Part shown: positions 42,271 to 53,779 of the stretch, piece by piece
Layout of the letters: every line of letters starts with the position of its first letter
Position numbering within the stretch: the first letter of the stretch is position 1
NCBI GenBank assembly: GCA_963665115.1
Contig: OY762007.1
Coordinates: 448,001-512,000 of the forward strand
DNA from: an uncultured Rivularia sp.
GTDB lineage: Bacteria; Cyanobacteriota; Cyanobacteriia; Cyanobacteriales; Nostocaceae
DNA length: 64,000 nt
Reading direction: 5' to 3'
Position numbers and translations under genes: made by a program
The notes under the pieces: generated by a model
Databases searched by the model: none
What the model was told of the DNA's origin: nothing
The model's input: the letters and a program-made list of their open reading frames with translations, nothing else

Positions 42271-42789
42271 TTATTGGGATTGCGTAGAATCAATTGTTAC
42301 TTGATCGCCTTTTTTTAAGTCTAGTTCAGTAGCTCTCCCAGAACGTAATTCAATCACTTGGTCGATAAGAGTTCTTGGCCCGTAGGTGGGGCAAGGTTCT
42401 TCTGTGCAGGGAGGTGCGGAAACTTCTACATATTGGACTACTCCTTTACGCAGAAAAACCATATCTAAAGCAACTGGTACATTTTTCATCCAAAAACTAA
42501 CTGGTTGGGCAGAAGGAAAGTTAAACAGCATTCCTCGGTTATCAGGCAAAGCTTGTCTGTACATCAATCCCATTGCTTGTTGCTGTGGTGTCCGCGCTAC
42601 TTCTAACTGAATTTGCGTACCGTCGGGAATAGTCGCTACAGCAGATATTGGTAGTTCTTGACCTAAATTATTCACACTTAAAGGAGTTGGGGATACGGTG
42701 ATATTAGGAGCTTTTGCTGGTGTCTGTTGGGAACAGCTTATAAGTAAAATGCCTAATACTATAGGTAATAATCTTTGACAATATTTCAT
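42271..42789 (-). CDS. DUF192 domain lipoprotein
   Basis: Lipobox LISC; LEVARTPQQQAMGLMYR, GMLF, FWMKN, VIEL. Confidence 0.88.
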   Translation of the reverse strand: MKYCQRLLPIVLGILLISCSQQTPAKAPNITVSPTPLSVNNLGQELPISAVATIPDGTQIQLEVARTPQQQAMGLMYRQALPDNRGMLFNFPSAQPVSFWMKNVPVALDMVFLRKGVVQYVEVSAPPCTEEPCPTYGPRTLIDQVIELRSGRATELDLKKGDQVTIDSTQSQ

Positions 42790-43100
42790 GAAATTTTTAA
42801 TCGTTACTCCAAAATTTGATAGTTTCAGACTTGGCATTTTAACTGTATGAAAGAATTAATAATTGGATCGCTCCCGTCATTGTGGGTTGCCGATTCCTAA
42901 ATGAATACTTCAAATAATCCGGAGAGCCATTGCTCACCATCTGTTTTTTTATTTGAAATGACTATATAAATTAAGATTTTCTTCATACTTTAATTGGGCA
43001 AACGGATATCAAAAACTGTATCCCTAATAGAAGAAAATCAATTTTGACAATAATAAAATTCTGGCTCTTCTTGGAATTGTCTGTTCGGTCAACTTTACAA

Positions 43101-43787
43101 TTAAGATTCTCTTAATACATAGCCGACACCGCGTACAGTTTGAATTAATCGTTTTTGACTTTCGTCTTCTATTTTTAGTCGCAGGTAGCGAATATAAACT
43201 TCGATGACGTTAGACTCGCCCATAAAGTCATAACCCCAAACATTTTCCAGAATCTGCTCGCGAGTTAACACTTCACGGGGATGTTCCATGAGATATTTTA
43301 GCAATTCAAATTCTTTCATTGTCAAATCAATGACTCGTTCGTTATTAATAGCACGACGAGTGGCTAGGTCTAAAATTAAATCTCCAAAACGCAATTGCTC
43401 AGAAGTATCAACATCTGGTTTCAAATACAAGCGAACCAGATTCATGAAATTTTCCGAACGGTAAGGCTTGAGAAAATAATCATCCGCACCTGCTTCTAAA
43501 CAAGCCACTCGATCGTCAATTGAATCTCTTGCCATTAACATTAGTATCGGAGCACACACACCACTACCTCTAAGATTTTTACATAACGAGATTCCCGATT
43601 CTCCGTGAAGCATTCTATCAACAACAATTAAAGCAGGTTGGCGATCGCGATTATGTTGCAAGCCAGAAACTGTATCGTGAGCCAAAATCGGTTCGTAACC
43701 AATTTCTTTTAAGTCGGAAGAAAGTTGGCTGGCAAGATTTTCGTCGCTTTCTATCACTAAAACACAAGGGTTATAAGCATTTTGCAT
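43101..43787 (-). CDS. nblR: OmpR-family response regulator NblR
   Basis: Atypical receiver (IESD, VVDRML, LMARD), GADDYFLKPY, wHTH LTMKEFELL...TVRGVGY; located next to the NAD kinase gene. Confidence 0.82.
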   Translation of the reverse strand: MQNAYNPCVLVIESDENLASQLSSDLKEIGYEPILAHDTVSGLQHNRDRQPALIVVDRMLHGESGISLCKNLRGSGVCAPILMLMARDSIDDRVACLEAGADDYFLKPYRSENFMNLVRLYLKPDVDTSEQLRFGDLILDLATRRAINNERVIDLTMKEFELLKYLMEHPREVLTREQILENVWGYDFMGESNVIEVYIRYLRLKIEDESQKRLIQTVRGVGYVLRES

Positions 43788-44183
43788 TCGATTTTAGATT
43801 TTAGATTTTAGATTGTCTTCTTTAATCCAATCTAGGAGCAGGGCTATCAGACTTTTAATCAAGTTTTTACAAAATATATTTTACAAGCAACCGTTTTTTA
43901 CATCTGAGTGAAAAGTAAGACGCAAAATGATTGTAATAGTTGCCTTGGTTACAATTTATTTATACTGCATACGTTTCTACAAGATGTTTTAGCACGTCCA
44001 AGTATTAATCGAAGAAATTTAAATATCTAGTATTTTTAATAGTTTATTAACAATTGACTTTTTTATTTATGATAATGGGTGGGGAATTGGTAATTGGTAA
44101 TTGGTAATTGGGGATTGTGCATGGGGAGACGAGGAGAAGAATAACTTATTTATTTCCTACTCCCTACTCCCTACTCCTAACTC

Positions 44184-45110
44184 CTAACTGCGATTCGGAA
44201 GCTCTACAGAACTAGGCTTGGCAATATGAGGTAAACCCCAACCTAATTTTTCTCGTAAAACTTGGAAAAATTCGGGTGTTTGAAGGCGGATAAAACGAGC
44301 ACTGTAATCGGATTTTTCGATATAAATGCGGTCTTCTGGCAAAATATAACATCCAGCGTTGCCATCAACTGTCATCACTAATTGGGTTGCATTTACCGAA
44401 TGAATATTAACTGGTTCGCTATCTGGAAATACTAATGCTCTTGATGCTAAAGAATGAGGGCAAATAGGTACTAGCTGTAATACTGCAACACCGGGAGTTA
44501 TGACTGGGCCACCAGCACTTAAACAATAGGCTGTGGAACCCGTTGGTGTAGAAACAATAATGCCATCTGCGGCTATATCTACAGCAGCATGACCACCAAT
44601 TCCGATTTCAAAATGGCACATCGAAGTCAAAGGCTCGCGATGCAATACCATTTCATTTAGACATAGAGCTTCCCAAAATACTGTTTCTTTACGAAACACT
44701 TTGACGGCAAGCATTGCCCTCTCTTCGATTTGATAATTACCCTGGCTTACTTGTTCTACTGCTTGAGGTAATTGATTAACATAAGCTTCAGTTAAAAAGC
44801 CCATGTGACCAGTATTTATCGCCAGCATAGGAATTTTGCAGGGTGCGACTTGGCGAGATGCGGATAAAACCGTACCATCACCTCCTAATACCACTACGAA
44901 TTTCATAGATGAATCGAAACCGGGGGGAGTCAGCCCATCTATTGGCGTATGACATACAGGGCTTCGCGGAGTCGAATAGCCCAAAATTCCACCGATACCA
45001 GTCGCGACACATACGTCCCAACCTTTTTCGGTGAACTTTGCTTCTAATTCGATAGCGATGTCATTCGCTATCGGCTTTTCGTCATTGTATATAATGCCTA
45101 CTTTCGGCAC
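44184..45110 (-). CDS. nadK: NAD(+) kinase
   Basis: [33 protein letters not shown]; likely GTG start at 45110 ([10 protein letters not shown]). Confidence 0.93.
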   Translation of the reverse strand: MPKVGIIYNDEKPIANDIAIELEAKFTEKGWDVCVATGIGGILGYSTPRSPVCHTPIDGLTPPGFDSSMKFVVVLGGDGTVLSASRQVAPCKIPMLAINTGHMGFLTEAYVNQLPQAVEQVSQGNYQIEERAMLAVKVFRKETVFWEALCLNEMVLHREPLTSMCHFEIGIGGHAAVDIAADGIIVSTPTGSTAYCLSAGGPVITPGVAVLQLVPICPHSLASRALVFPDSEPVNIHSVNATQLVMTVDGNAGCYILPEDRIYIEKSDYSARFIRLQTPEFFQVLREKLGWGLPHIAKPSSVELPNRS

Positions 45111-45301
45111 GTTCAAATATCCAAATTTAAGGAACCGTTTTTTATGTAATTTATAGTTACACATTTTGCGTGTCTAGTACACACTTTATATTGAAAGGGA
45201 ATGGGGCATGGGGCATGGGGCAATAGTTAAAGGTAATAAGTACCAGAATTTATAATTTCTTACCAACTCCCAATCCCCTATGCCCTATGCCCAATCCCCT
45301 T

Positions 45302-46286
45302 TTAAGAAGATTGTTTAAAAGGAGTTCTTTTCTCTTTCTTTTTCTTACTTTTATTTTGCTGGTAATCGAGTTTCTCTAAGTTTTTTGGTAATTCTGTTGA
45401 AATATTCTTGCAAATAAGATTCTAAAGTAGTTACTTCGCTTTTATCTATGTCAAAGGCTTTGTATGTCTCATCCATTGAAGCATCTAATGCCTTACCGCT
45501 TGCCAAAACTTCTGTAAATGAAAGTCTATCGGATACGTTCCATCCCCATTGAAAGATACGCAGCAGATTACGAATGGTGCGAAGTAAGTTTAACGGCATC
45601 CGGGTTATTCTTGCTGTCTTGCCGGATAAACGTTCGCATAAGTTAATGACTTCTTGGGCACTCCAAGCACGAGTTCCCACCACTGGGAAGGTTTTATTTT
45701 CAGTTTCTTCAGTTTTGAGCGCTTTGATGGCAAATTTTGCAATATCTTGAGTATCCATATAAGCAATGGGGGAAGAATCTCCCGTTACCCATACTGGCTG
45801 TGCTTCTAAAATCGGAATACCGTATTGTCCAATTAAGCCCTGCATGAAGCCTGCTAACTGTAAAACGGTGTAATTTAAGCCGGATTCTGCCAAAAATAGT
45901 TCCGTACACCGCTTGATTTCCATCAAGGGTACTTCTGGATAATCTTGGTTATTCAATATTGAGAAAAAGATAAAGCGTTCAACATTCGCTGCTGCTGCCG
46001 CTTGAATTAATGCTACTTTCCCATCCCAATCTACTTGTTTAATACTTAGTGAATCTGTGGGACGAGAAGTGGATGCATCTATTACCGCATCTACACCATC
46101 AAGTGCTGCTTCGAGGGTTTCAGGGTAGCATAAATCTCCCCGGACTAATTCTGCACCCCATTCTTTAAGAAATGATGCTTTCCTAGAACTTCGGGCAAGA
46201 CAACGTACCTCATAACCTTCATCGATCGCATGACGAGCAACCTGTCTTCCCAAGGTACCGGTAGCACCTACTATCAATATTTTCAT
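45302..46286 (-). CDS. ycf39: Ycf39 (atypical SDR) with apparent +1 frameshift at about 45372
   Basis: GATGTLGRQ, FLKEWGAELV, PLMEIK, LAGFMQGLIGQY; removing one A restores LRELDYQQNKSKKKKEKRTPFKQSS*. Confidence 0.85.
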
Positions 46287-46457
46287 CAGGTTTGATTAAA
46301 AAATGTTAACTTTTATTAAAACGATTTTATCAGAATTGTTTTTTTAAGCAAAAGTAATGCAAAATTTGTGACTTAAAACCGCTGTAGAATGGCAGAGACT
46401 ACATTTAAAGTCTCTAGCCAAAGTTTAAAGAGCTTTTCTGTGAATTGTAGACTACTC

Positions 46458-46565
46458 TTATTCTGGCTCTGCACCTTGAATTTTGAGTAACAAAGCACCT
46501 ATAGCCCAACCAACGAAGATTAAGCCGAAGGATAATACAGCTGCGTTGAACATTTCGCCGCCCAT
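46458..46565 (-). CDS. petM: Cytochrome b6f subunit VII (absent from the ORF track)
   Basis: [44 protein letters not shown]; lies between ycf39 and pdxA. Confidence 0.93.
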   Translation of the reverse strand: MGGEMFNAAVLSFGLIFVGWAIGALLLKIQGAEPE

Positions 46566-46624
46566 GTGAGTTCTCCTTTATGAATCGTTTTATTAAGATA
46601 AGTTTACCAGAGCAGTTGTTAACT

Positions 46625-46828
46625 GGGGGATTGGGGATGGGGGATTGGGGATTGGGCATTGGTAGTTGGGGTAGAAAGAAATTAAAATTGCTAAATTCTA
46701 ACTATTAACTCTTCTCATAATTCCTAATTCCTAACTCATAATTCCTAACTCATAATTCCTAATTCCTAACTCATAACTCATAACTCATAACTCCTAATTC
46801 CTAATTCCTAACTCCTAACTCCTAACTA
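46625..46828. repeat. STRR heptamer tracts
   Basis: GGGGATT repeats followed by a long CTAATTC/CTAACTC/ATAACTC array. Confidence 0.85.
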
Positions 46829-46833
46829 TTCTT

Positions 46834-47883
46834 ATGTATCAATTAACTCCAGAACAAGCTGTTTCCAGTTTAGATATTCGTCCTCGTTTGGCGGTGACTT
46901 TGGGGGACCCGGCAGGGATTGGAACTGAAGTTGTTTTAAAGGCTTTGACCGATCCGGATGTTGGTCAATATTGCAATTTAACTGTAGTTGGAAACCGAGA
47001 TTTACTATTAACAAATTATACTAGTTTGCGGTTAAATGAGAATATAGATTTTTTAGATGTAAATTTGGACGGCAATATTAAAGAAGAAGTTACTCTGGGT
47101 GTTGAAAATGCGGCGAGTGGTGCGGCAAGTTTTGCTTATATGGAAGCTGCTATAGCTGCTACGCTTGCGGGGAATTTTGATGGTATCGTTACTGGGCCAA
47201 TTGCTAAGTCTGCTTGGAAGGCTGCGGGTTATAATTATCCGGGGCAAACGGAACTTTTAGCTCAGAAGGCTGGTATAGATAAATTTGGAATGCTTTTTGT
47301 AGCTCGATCGCCTCATACTAATTGGACTCTGCGAACTCTGCTTGCAACCACACATATACCATTGTGTCAAGTTCCAGAAACGCTGACACCGGAATTGATG
47401 ACGCAGAAGCTTGATTTATTGGTGGAATGTTTGGAAACAGATTTTGGGATAAAAAATGGAAAGATTGCGATCGCAGGATTGAATCCCCACAGTGGAGAAA
47501 AAGGACAGTTGGGGCGTGAAGAAGCAGATTGGTTGATTGATTGGTTGGAAGAAGAAAAGACAAAGCGTCCAAATTTAACTTTAATTGGTCCAATTCCTCC
47601 AGATACAATGTGGGTGAAACCGGGACAAGCTTGGTATGGTAATTCTAAAGTTCAAGCAGCCGATGGTTATTTAGCGCTTTACCACGATCAAGGTTTGATT
47701 CCGGTAAAATTAATGGCTTTCGATCGAGCAGTTAATACTACGATTGGATTACCTTTTATTAGAACATCTCCCGATCACGGAACAGCATTTGATATTGCTG
47801 GTAAGGGAATTGCCGACGCTACAAGTATGAAAGCTGCAATTGAGTTAGCGAGTGAGTTAGTATCTGTGAGGTTGGCAAAATAA
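46834..47883 (+). CDS. pdxA: 4-hydroxythreonine-4-phosphate dehydrogenase
   Basis: [42 protein letters not shown]. Confidence 0.96.
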   Translation: MYQLTPEQAVSSLDIRPRLAVTLGDPAGIGTEVVLKALTDPDVGQYCNLTVVGNRDLLLTNYTSLRLNENIDFLDVNLDGNIKEEVTLGVENAASGAASFAYMEAAIAATLAGNFDGIVTGPIAKSAWKAAGYNYPGQTELLAQKAGIDKFGMLFVARSPHTNWTLRTLLATTHIPLCQVPETLTPELMTQKLDLLVECLETDFGIKNGKIAIAGLNPHSGEKGQLGREEADWLIDWLEEEKTKRPNLTLIGPIPPDTMWVKPGQAWYGNSKVQAADGYLALYHDQGLIPVKLMAFDRAVNTTIGLPFIRTSPDHGTAFDIAGKGIADATSMKAAIELASELVSVRLAK

Positions 47884-47998
47884 TATATTTCTGTACCAAT
47901 TCTCTATCAAAAGATAATAACAGTTTAATTTTTGGTTAAGGAGTTATTAACAGGGGGCATCTATATTTTAATTACCCTTTCCTCCCCTGGATAATATC

Positions 47999-49495
47999 AT
48001 GCTTCGTAAGCTATTCTTTTTTCTCTTTTTCCTAATCGGGCTTTATGGTTGTTTTGGATATAAAACAAGTATTAACAACACGACTGTTGCACAAAGCCAA
48101 GTGGTATTGACTTCACAAATAGAAAATGTTGGTGTTCCGAAGAATAAAGCTCAAACAATTTTAACTTTTGCCAAATCTGAGAATGTTATTTATGTCGCTG
48201 TCAATGGTAGTAATAAAACTGGTAATGGCAGTTTAGATAAACCATTACAAACTTTAGAGAAAGCTTTCAAAGTTGCGAAAAAGAACGCTTTGATTAAGAT
48301 GGGTGAAGGTACTTTTGAAGTCAACCGGATGATAACAGTTTCTTCTCACGTCAGTTTAGAAGGTATTGGCGAAAAAACGGTTATTGTACCAAGTAATAAT
48401 TATAAAGGTGTACTTTTTGAAGCAAAGGATTTTAAGAACAAAAAAGGTGATGGCTATCAGTATTTTCGGAATTTTTATGTCGATGGAAAAGACAGAGCCA
48501 AATTAGGATTCCGGGCTTGGGGTAGAGAGAATACTTTGTTTGAAAATATTACTTTTAAAAATTTGAATAATGCTGGTATTGATATTTCAGGTTTAAATGG
48601 TGAAATCAGTAGTTGTCGATTTATTAATGCTGCTGGTAGGGAAGGTAAGAAAAATCAACATTTCTCTGGAGCAATCCGATTTATGGGTACTAAAGGCTTG
48701 CAAATCCATGATAACTATATAGAAGAGAATTCTGGCGGTGGTATTAAAAGCGTTGCCAGTAAAATTCGTGATACTCAAATATATAATAATAAAATTAATA
48801 TTACAGGTTCAAAAAAGAAACCAGTAAATAAGTCTGCTTCTATTGAAATTTGGGATTTACAAAAAGGAAATAAAATCTACAATAACGATTTAAATGGTTG
48901 GGTTTCATTAATCAATCAATGGAATAAAGACGAAGAAATTGCAGAAACTGGTAACTTGATTTTCTATAAGAATAAATTGTACGCAAATCCCGGTGTAACT
49001 GACGATATGTCAGGTTTAGAATTAGGTATGAAGGGAGCCGAATTTTATGAAAATACTTTTAATGGATATAAACATCGTATTTTCTGGATAGAAGGTTGGG
49101 GTGGAAAGAAAAAAACGACTAAAAATATTACCATTCATCATAATACGTTTAACGATTGCGGTAATGCAATGAATCTCGGTCCGAATGGAAATGGGGTTGA
49201 AAATCTGAAGTTTTATGATAATTGGATTCAGAATTGTAATGGTGTAGCTATGGGAATGGGAGGAAATAAAAAGTTAGTTAACATTGCACTTACCGATAAT
49301 ATTTTTGTCAATGCTAAGAAAGCTATTTCTTTAAGTGGGAAGAGCAAACAGTATGTTAAACTTCGTATTGCTGATAATAAAGCTTATAGTTCCAAAGTTG
49401 GTCTGGACAATAATGTTAATGGATTAAATATTCGCCAAAGTAATCCAGTGACTTTAAAAAAAGGTTTGCCAGCGAATAAAGATTCTGATAACTAA
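47999..49495 (+). CDS. Secreted right-handed parallel beta-helix protein (pectin-lyase-like fold)
   Basis: Signal or lipoprotein-like N-terminus; IYVAVNGSNKTGNGSLDKPLQTLEKA start motif; repeated I.IHDN/IYNN/IHHNTF strands. Confidence 0.75.
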   Translation: MLRKLFFFLFFLIGLYGCFGYKTSINNTTVAQSQVVLTSQIENVGVPKNKAQTILTFAKSENVIYVAVNGSNKTGNGSLDKPLQTLEKAFKVAKKNALIKMGEGTFEVNRMITVSSHVSLEGIGEKTVIVPSNNYKGVLFEAKDFKNKKGDGYQYFRNFYVDGKDRAKLGFRAWGRENTLFENITFKNLNNAGIDISGLNGEISSCRFINAAGREGKKNQHFSGAIRFMGTKGLQIHDNYIEENSGGGIKSVASKIRDTQIYNNKINITGSKKKPVNKSASIEIWDLQKGNKIYNNDLNGWVSLINQWNKDEEIAETGNLIFYKNKLYANPGVTDDMSGLELGMKGAEFYENTFNGYKHRIFWIEGWGGKKKTTKNITIHHNTFNDCGNAMNLGPNGNGVENLKFYDNWIQNCNGVAMGMGGNKKLVNIALTDNIFVNAKKAISLSGKSKQYVKLRIADNKAYSSKVGLDNNVNGLNIRQSNPVTLKKGLPANKDSDN

Positions 49496-49681
49496 TTGAG
49501 CAAAGCAAAAATCTACCATTCTGCATAGGTGATGCATCACACAGCTTTCTCTCACATCTAAATTCCAAGAATTTTTCTAAATAACACTTCGCATTCTTTA
49601 TTTTCGGGTTATGCTAGTATTATGGTGATTTAGATAACCTTAATCCACCGAAATTTCCACACTTCACACACACTATATTTG

Positions 49682-49724
49682 AAATCAGTAGCTCTGCAAT
49701 CAAAGGATGCTACTGATTTTTTTT
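49682..49724 (+). terminator. Intrinsic terminator
   Basis: AAATCAGTAGC...GCTACTGATTT followed by a T tract. Confidence 0.65.
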
Positions 49725-49912
49725 ATTTATAAGACAGAAAATAAAAAAGTAGTAATCTATACTCTCAGTGCTGACAGTGAAAACCGCTGAAAACCTACTA
49801 TTTTAAGAGCGTTGAGGAAATTTCAATGCTTATTATATATAAGAATTAAAATATCCCCCTTAAAAAAACAAAGGGGGATTCTAACGTTTACTAATATGTC
49901 TATCGTAGAAAA

Positions 49913-50197
49913 CTAAGTACTAGGTGTAGGTGCTTCTCCTAACGGCATTACTGCACTTATTTGAGGTGCGTGGGCAAAAAACGCTATGCCTCCGCAGGTA
50001 GGACACTGTACTCTATGATCTATTGGTTCGCTGCCATCGTGATGGGTTTGAATTAATAAAGGTTGATCGCATTTATAGCATTGTGTAAAAACACGCGGGC
50101 TATCAGTATTGCAATCTACCACCGTAATTGGCTGGAATTTTTTAGGTACTGGTGGTTTAGGTTTTGGTTTTGGGGTATTCTGTGAATCTGTCATCAA
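49913..50197 (-). CDS. Small putative Zn-ribbon protein
   Basis: CYKC...CPTC pairs, Pro/Lys-rich N-terminus; hairpin ATCCCCCT...AGGGGGAT downstream. Confidence 0.6.
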   Translation of the reverse strand: MMTDSQNTPKPKPKPPVPKKFQPITVVDCNTDSPRVFTQCYKCDQPLLIQTHHDGSEPIDHRVQCPTCGGIAFFAHAPQISAVMPLGEAPTPST

Positions 50198-50635
50198 ATT
50201 ATGTGTTTACTAGCTTTACTTGAGTTGTGTTTTGAGAACCTACATATAATGACTTACAAATCAATTATTGCAAAATCACCACATTTGTTGTGCATTAATT
50301 TTCACTCGGGCATAGGCTTTCTACTACACAAAGCTATTTAAAACAATCTAAAGATAATTTGAGCGATCGCCTCCACTTCCCATTACTCGGGCTAATGCAC
50401 TCATGAAGCGCCGCGCCTCCGATCAACTCAACTTCCACCAATCTGCCATACCACACGATAAAAATTGGCGATATTCTTCGGAATTGCTCATCAGCAGAAA
50501 TTGATTACATCTGCATTTATACAGGTAGATAAACAATAATATTTACCAAAACTACTTAAAAAGTTTAAAATCCCTTCAAATTTTTCTGAAATAATATTTT
50601 TAACCGTCAAACTGCAAGCACTGCTACAAATATTA

Positions 50636-53600
50636 GTGACTTACAATACCTCTATCAAAACCATTTTAATTCTCGCCGCTAATCCCAAAACTACCTCCCG
50701 ATTGCGCTTGGATGAAGAAATACGAGAAATTGATGACGGGTTGAAGAATAGCGAACATTTTAGGTTGGTAACTAAATTGGCTGTGCGTCAGCGTGATTTT
50801 TACAGGGCAATTCTAGAATATCAGCCGCAAATTATTCACTTTTGCGGGCATGGTGAGGGAGATGATGGAATTGTTTTAGAAGATGATATTGGACAATCTG
50901 TGACTATGGGAAACTGAAGCCCTATCTCGATTGTTTAAATTATTTGCTGTCAAAGGAGTTGAATGTGTTGTTCTTAATGCTTGCTACTCGGAGGTGCAAA
51001 CCTTAGCTATTAGCCAATACATAAAATATGTGGTTGGCATGAATACAGCTATTGGGGATAAAGCTGCAATTAATTTTGCTGTCGCTTTTTACGATGCATT
51101 AGGAGCAGGGGAAGATGTGCAGTTTGCTTATGATTTGGGCTGTAGTCAACTTGTTGGATTAAATGAAGATAGTACTCCAGTTCTCAAAATTACGGAAATA
51201 CATCCTGCTGATATTCAATTTGTCGCTGGTGATATTCCTCCCAATCCATATTTAGGATTATCTGCTTTTGCAGAAAAAGATGCGGCTTTCTTTTTTGGCA
51301 GGGAGAAGTTTACGGATGAGTTATTTGATATGGTTCATCAGCAAAACTTAGTAGCAGTAATTGGTGCTAGCGGTAGTGGAAAATCTTCGGTGGTGTTTGC
51401 AGGTTTAATTCCCAAACTGCGAGAAGAAGGAACTTGGTTGATAGAATCATTTCGTCCCAAAAGTCAACCCTTTGATGAACTAGCTTTGGCTTTGGTAAGC
51501 CAATTAGAACCCAATATTGATGGTGTAGATAAAACTATTAAAGTTGGTAAATTAGCAGAAAGTTTAAACAAAGGGGAAGTCAAATTACATCAAGTTGCAT
51601 CACAAATTTTAGAAAATCAACCACAAAAACGCTTTCTATTAATCGTAGACCAATTTGAAGAACTTTATACTCAATCTCAAGATAAAGAACAGCAACAAAG
51701 CTTTATTGATACATTACTTTTAGCTGTTAATCAAAAAAGTATCACATTAGTTTTTACATTACGTGCTGACTTCTACGGTTATGTGCTTTCTTACCGTCCA
51801 TTTAGCGATGCATTAGGGCAAATTACTTTTAAACCGTTGGGGTTAATGAATCGCGATGAATTACTTACAGCTATTGAACAACCTGCCCAAAAGTTAGGGG
51901 TAAAATTACAAACCCATTTGGCAGAAAGAATACTTGATGATGTTGGTCAAGAGCCAGGAAATTTACCATTATTAGAATTTGCTTTAACTCAATTATGGGA
52001 CAAGCAAAAGAATAATCAATTAACTCACCAAGCTTACGATGAAATTGGTGGTGTCAAACAAGCTTTAGTTAAACATACAGAAGAAGTTTATCACAAATTA
52101 AGTGAAGCACAAAAGCAGCAAGCACAGCGTATTTTTCTTTCTTTAGTAAGGTTGGGAGAAACAACAGAAGATACCCGACGTGTAGCGACTCGTGAAGAAA
52201 TTGGCAAGCAAAATTCGGATTTAGTCAGGTATTTAGCAGGTTCACAAACCCGGTTATTAGTGACAGGAAGGAAAGATAAATCGGGAGAAGAAACAGTAGA
52301 AGTTGTTCATGAAGCGCTGATACGAGAGTGGGGAACTTTGCGTAAATGGGTAGATGAAAATCGGGAGAAATTGATACAGAAGCGTAAGATTGAAGCGGCA
52401 GCAATTGAGTGGCGAGATAAAAATAAATTAAAAGGTTATTTGTTGACAGGGAGACAATTAAAAGATGCTCAAGCATTTCAGAAACAGCAGAATATTAATT
52501 TAGGATTATCAGATTTGGCTAGTGAATTTATTAAAACAAGCAACAAGCAACAGCGAGTTAGGTTGCTTCAAACATCTAGTATTTTAATAATTCCGATTTT
52601 AATTGCGGCAGGAATTATAGTTCCATATCAACGACAGCAAAGTTATAACCAAGCCTGGGAAATTATCAGAAGTCGTAAACAAGGAACTCGTGCAGCACTA
52701 GAGTTACTCACTGAAGGCTGTTGGGCAAAAGATATTCCTATTTTCAGTTTGTTTTTTGGTGAATGTCATAACTTTGTTGGTACTGACCTCAGTCGTGCCA
52801 ACTTCAATAATGCCAACCTCAATAATGCCTACCTCTGGAGTGCCAACCTCAGTCGTGCCGAACTCTGGGGTGCCAACCTAGAACGTGCCAACCTTAATAA
52901 TGCCAACCTAGAAGGTGCCAACTTCAATGATGCCAACCTCAAAAATTCCTACCTCAGTAATGCCAACCTAGAAGGTGCCAACCTCAAAAATGCCAACCTC
53001 AAAAATGCCTACCTCTGGGATACCGAACTCAATAATGCCGAACTTAATAACGCCAACCTAGAAGGTGCCGAACTCAATAATGCCAAACTCAGTAATGCCA
53101 ACCTAGAAGGTGCCAACCTCAAAAATACCTACCTCAGTGGTGCCGAACTCTGGGGTGCCAATCTAGAACGTGCCAAGCTCTGGGATGCCAATCTACAACG
53201 TGCCAACCTACAACGTGCCAACCTCAAAAATGCCAACCTCAAAAATGCCAACCTCAAAAATGCCAACCTCAAAAATGCCAACCTCAAAAATGCCTACCTC
53301 AGTAATGCCAACCTCATTGATGCCGATCTCAGTCATGCCAACCTCATTGATGCCTACCTCAGTCATGCCAACCTCATTCGTGCCGACCTCAGAAATGCCA
53401 ATCTCATTAATGCCGACCTCATTGATACCGATTTCATTGATGCCGATCTCAGTGATGCTGACCTCAGTGATGCTGACCTCTTTATTGCTAACCTCACTGG
53501 TGCCTACCTTGTTGGAGCCAATCTCGCTAGTGCTAACCTCATTGGTGCCAACCTCAGTGGTGCAATATTCTGGGATAAAACTTCGGGTGAAGCCAAAAAC

Positions 53601-53696
53601 ATAACCCCAGAACAAATCAAAGAAGCCAAAAACTGGGAGAAAGGAATATATAGCCCAGAATTTCGCAAAAAATTAGGTTTACCACCAGAGAAATAA
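50636..53696 (+). CDS. CHAT protease - nSTAND1-type NTPase - TM - pentapeptide repeat protein (apparent frameshift at about 50910)
   Basis: ILILAANP, IHFCGHG, VLNACYS (CHAT His/Cys); NPYLGL, FFGRE, GASGSGKSS, IVDQFEE, LPLLEFAL, HEAL; TM ILIIPILIAAGIIV; about 50 A(N/D)L pentapeptides. Confidence 0.88.
52790..53565 (+). repeat. Pentapeptide-repeat coding array with 15-bp periodicity
   Basis: GCCAACCTC core every 15 bp; exact (AAAAATGCCAACCTC)x4 at 53226-53285. Confidence 0.92.
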
Positions 53697-53779
53697 CCAT
53701 CACCTTCTAGGAACGGCTAACAGCATCACTTCTGAACACAACTCATAAGAAGTCAGTTACAAGAAACTTGATTTCCCAA

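Noticed and set aside
42013..45160. NtcA boxes near DUF2949, nblR and nadK
   Set aside because: Only imperfect GTA-N8-TAC matches (mismatch or wrong spacing), expected by chance in AT-rich DNA.
46414..46659. 81-aa minus-strand ORF
   Set aside because: Wrong frame over petM plus STRR sequence; the real gene is petM at 46458-46565.
53170..53615. ORFs 53170-53604 (+) and 53208-53615 (-)
   Set aside because: Shadow frames produced by the 15-bp pentapeptide periodicity.
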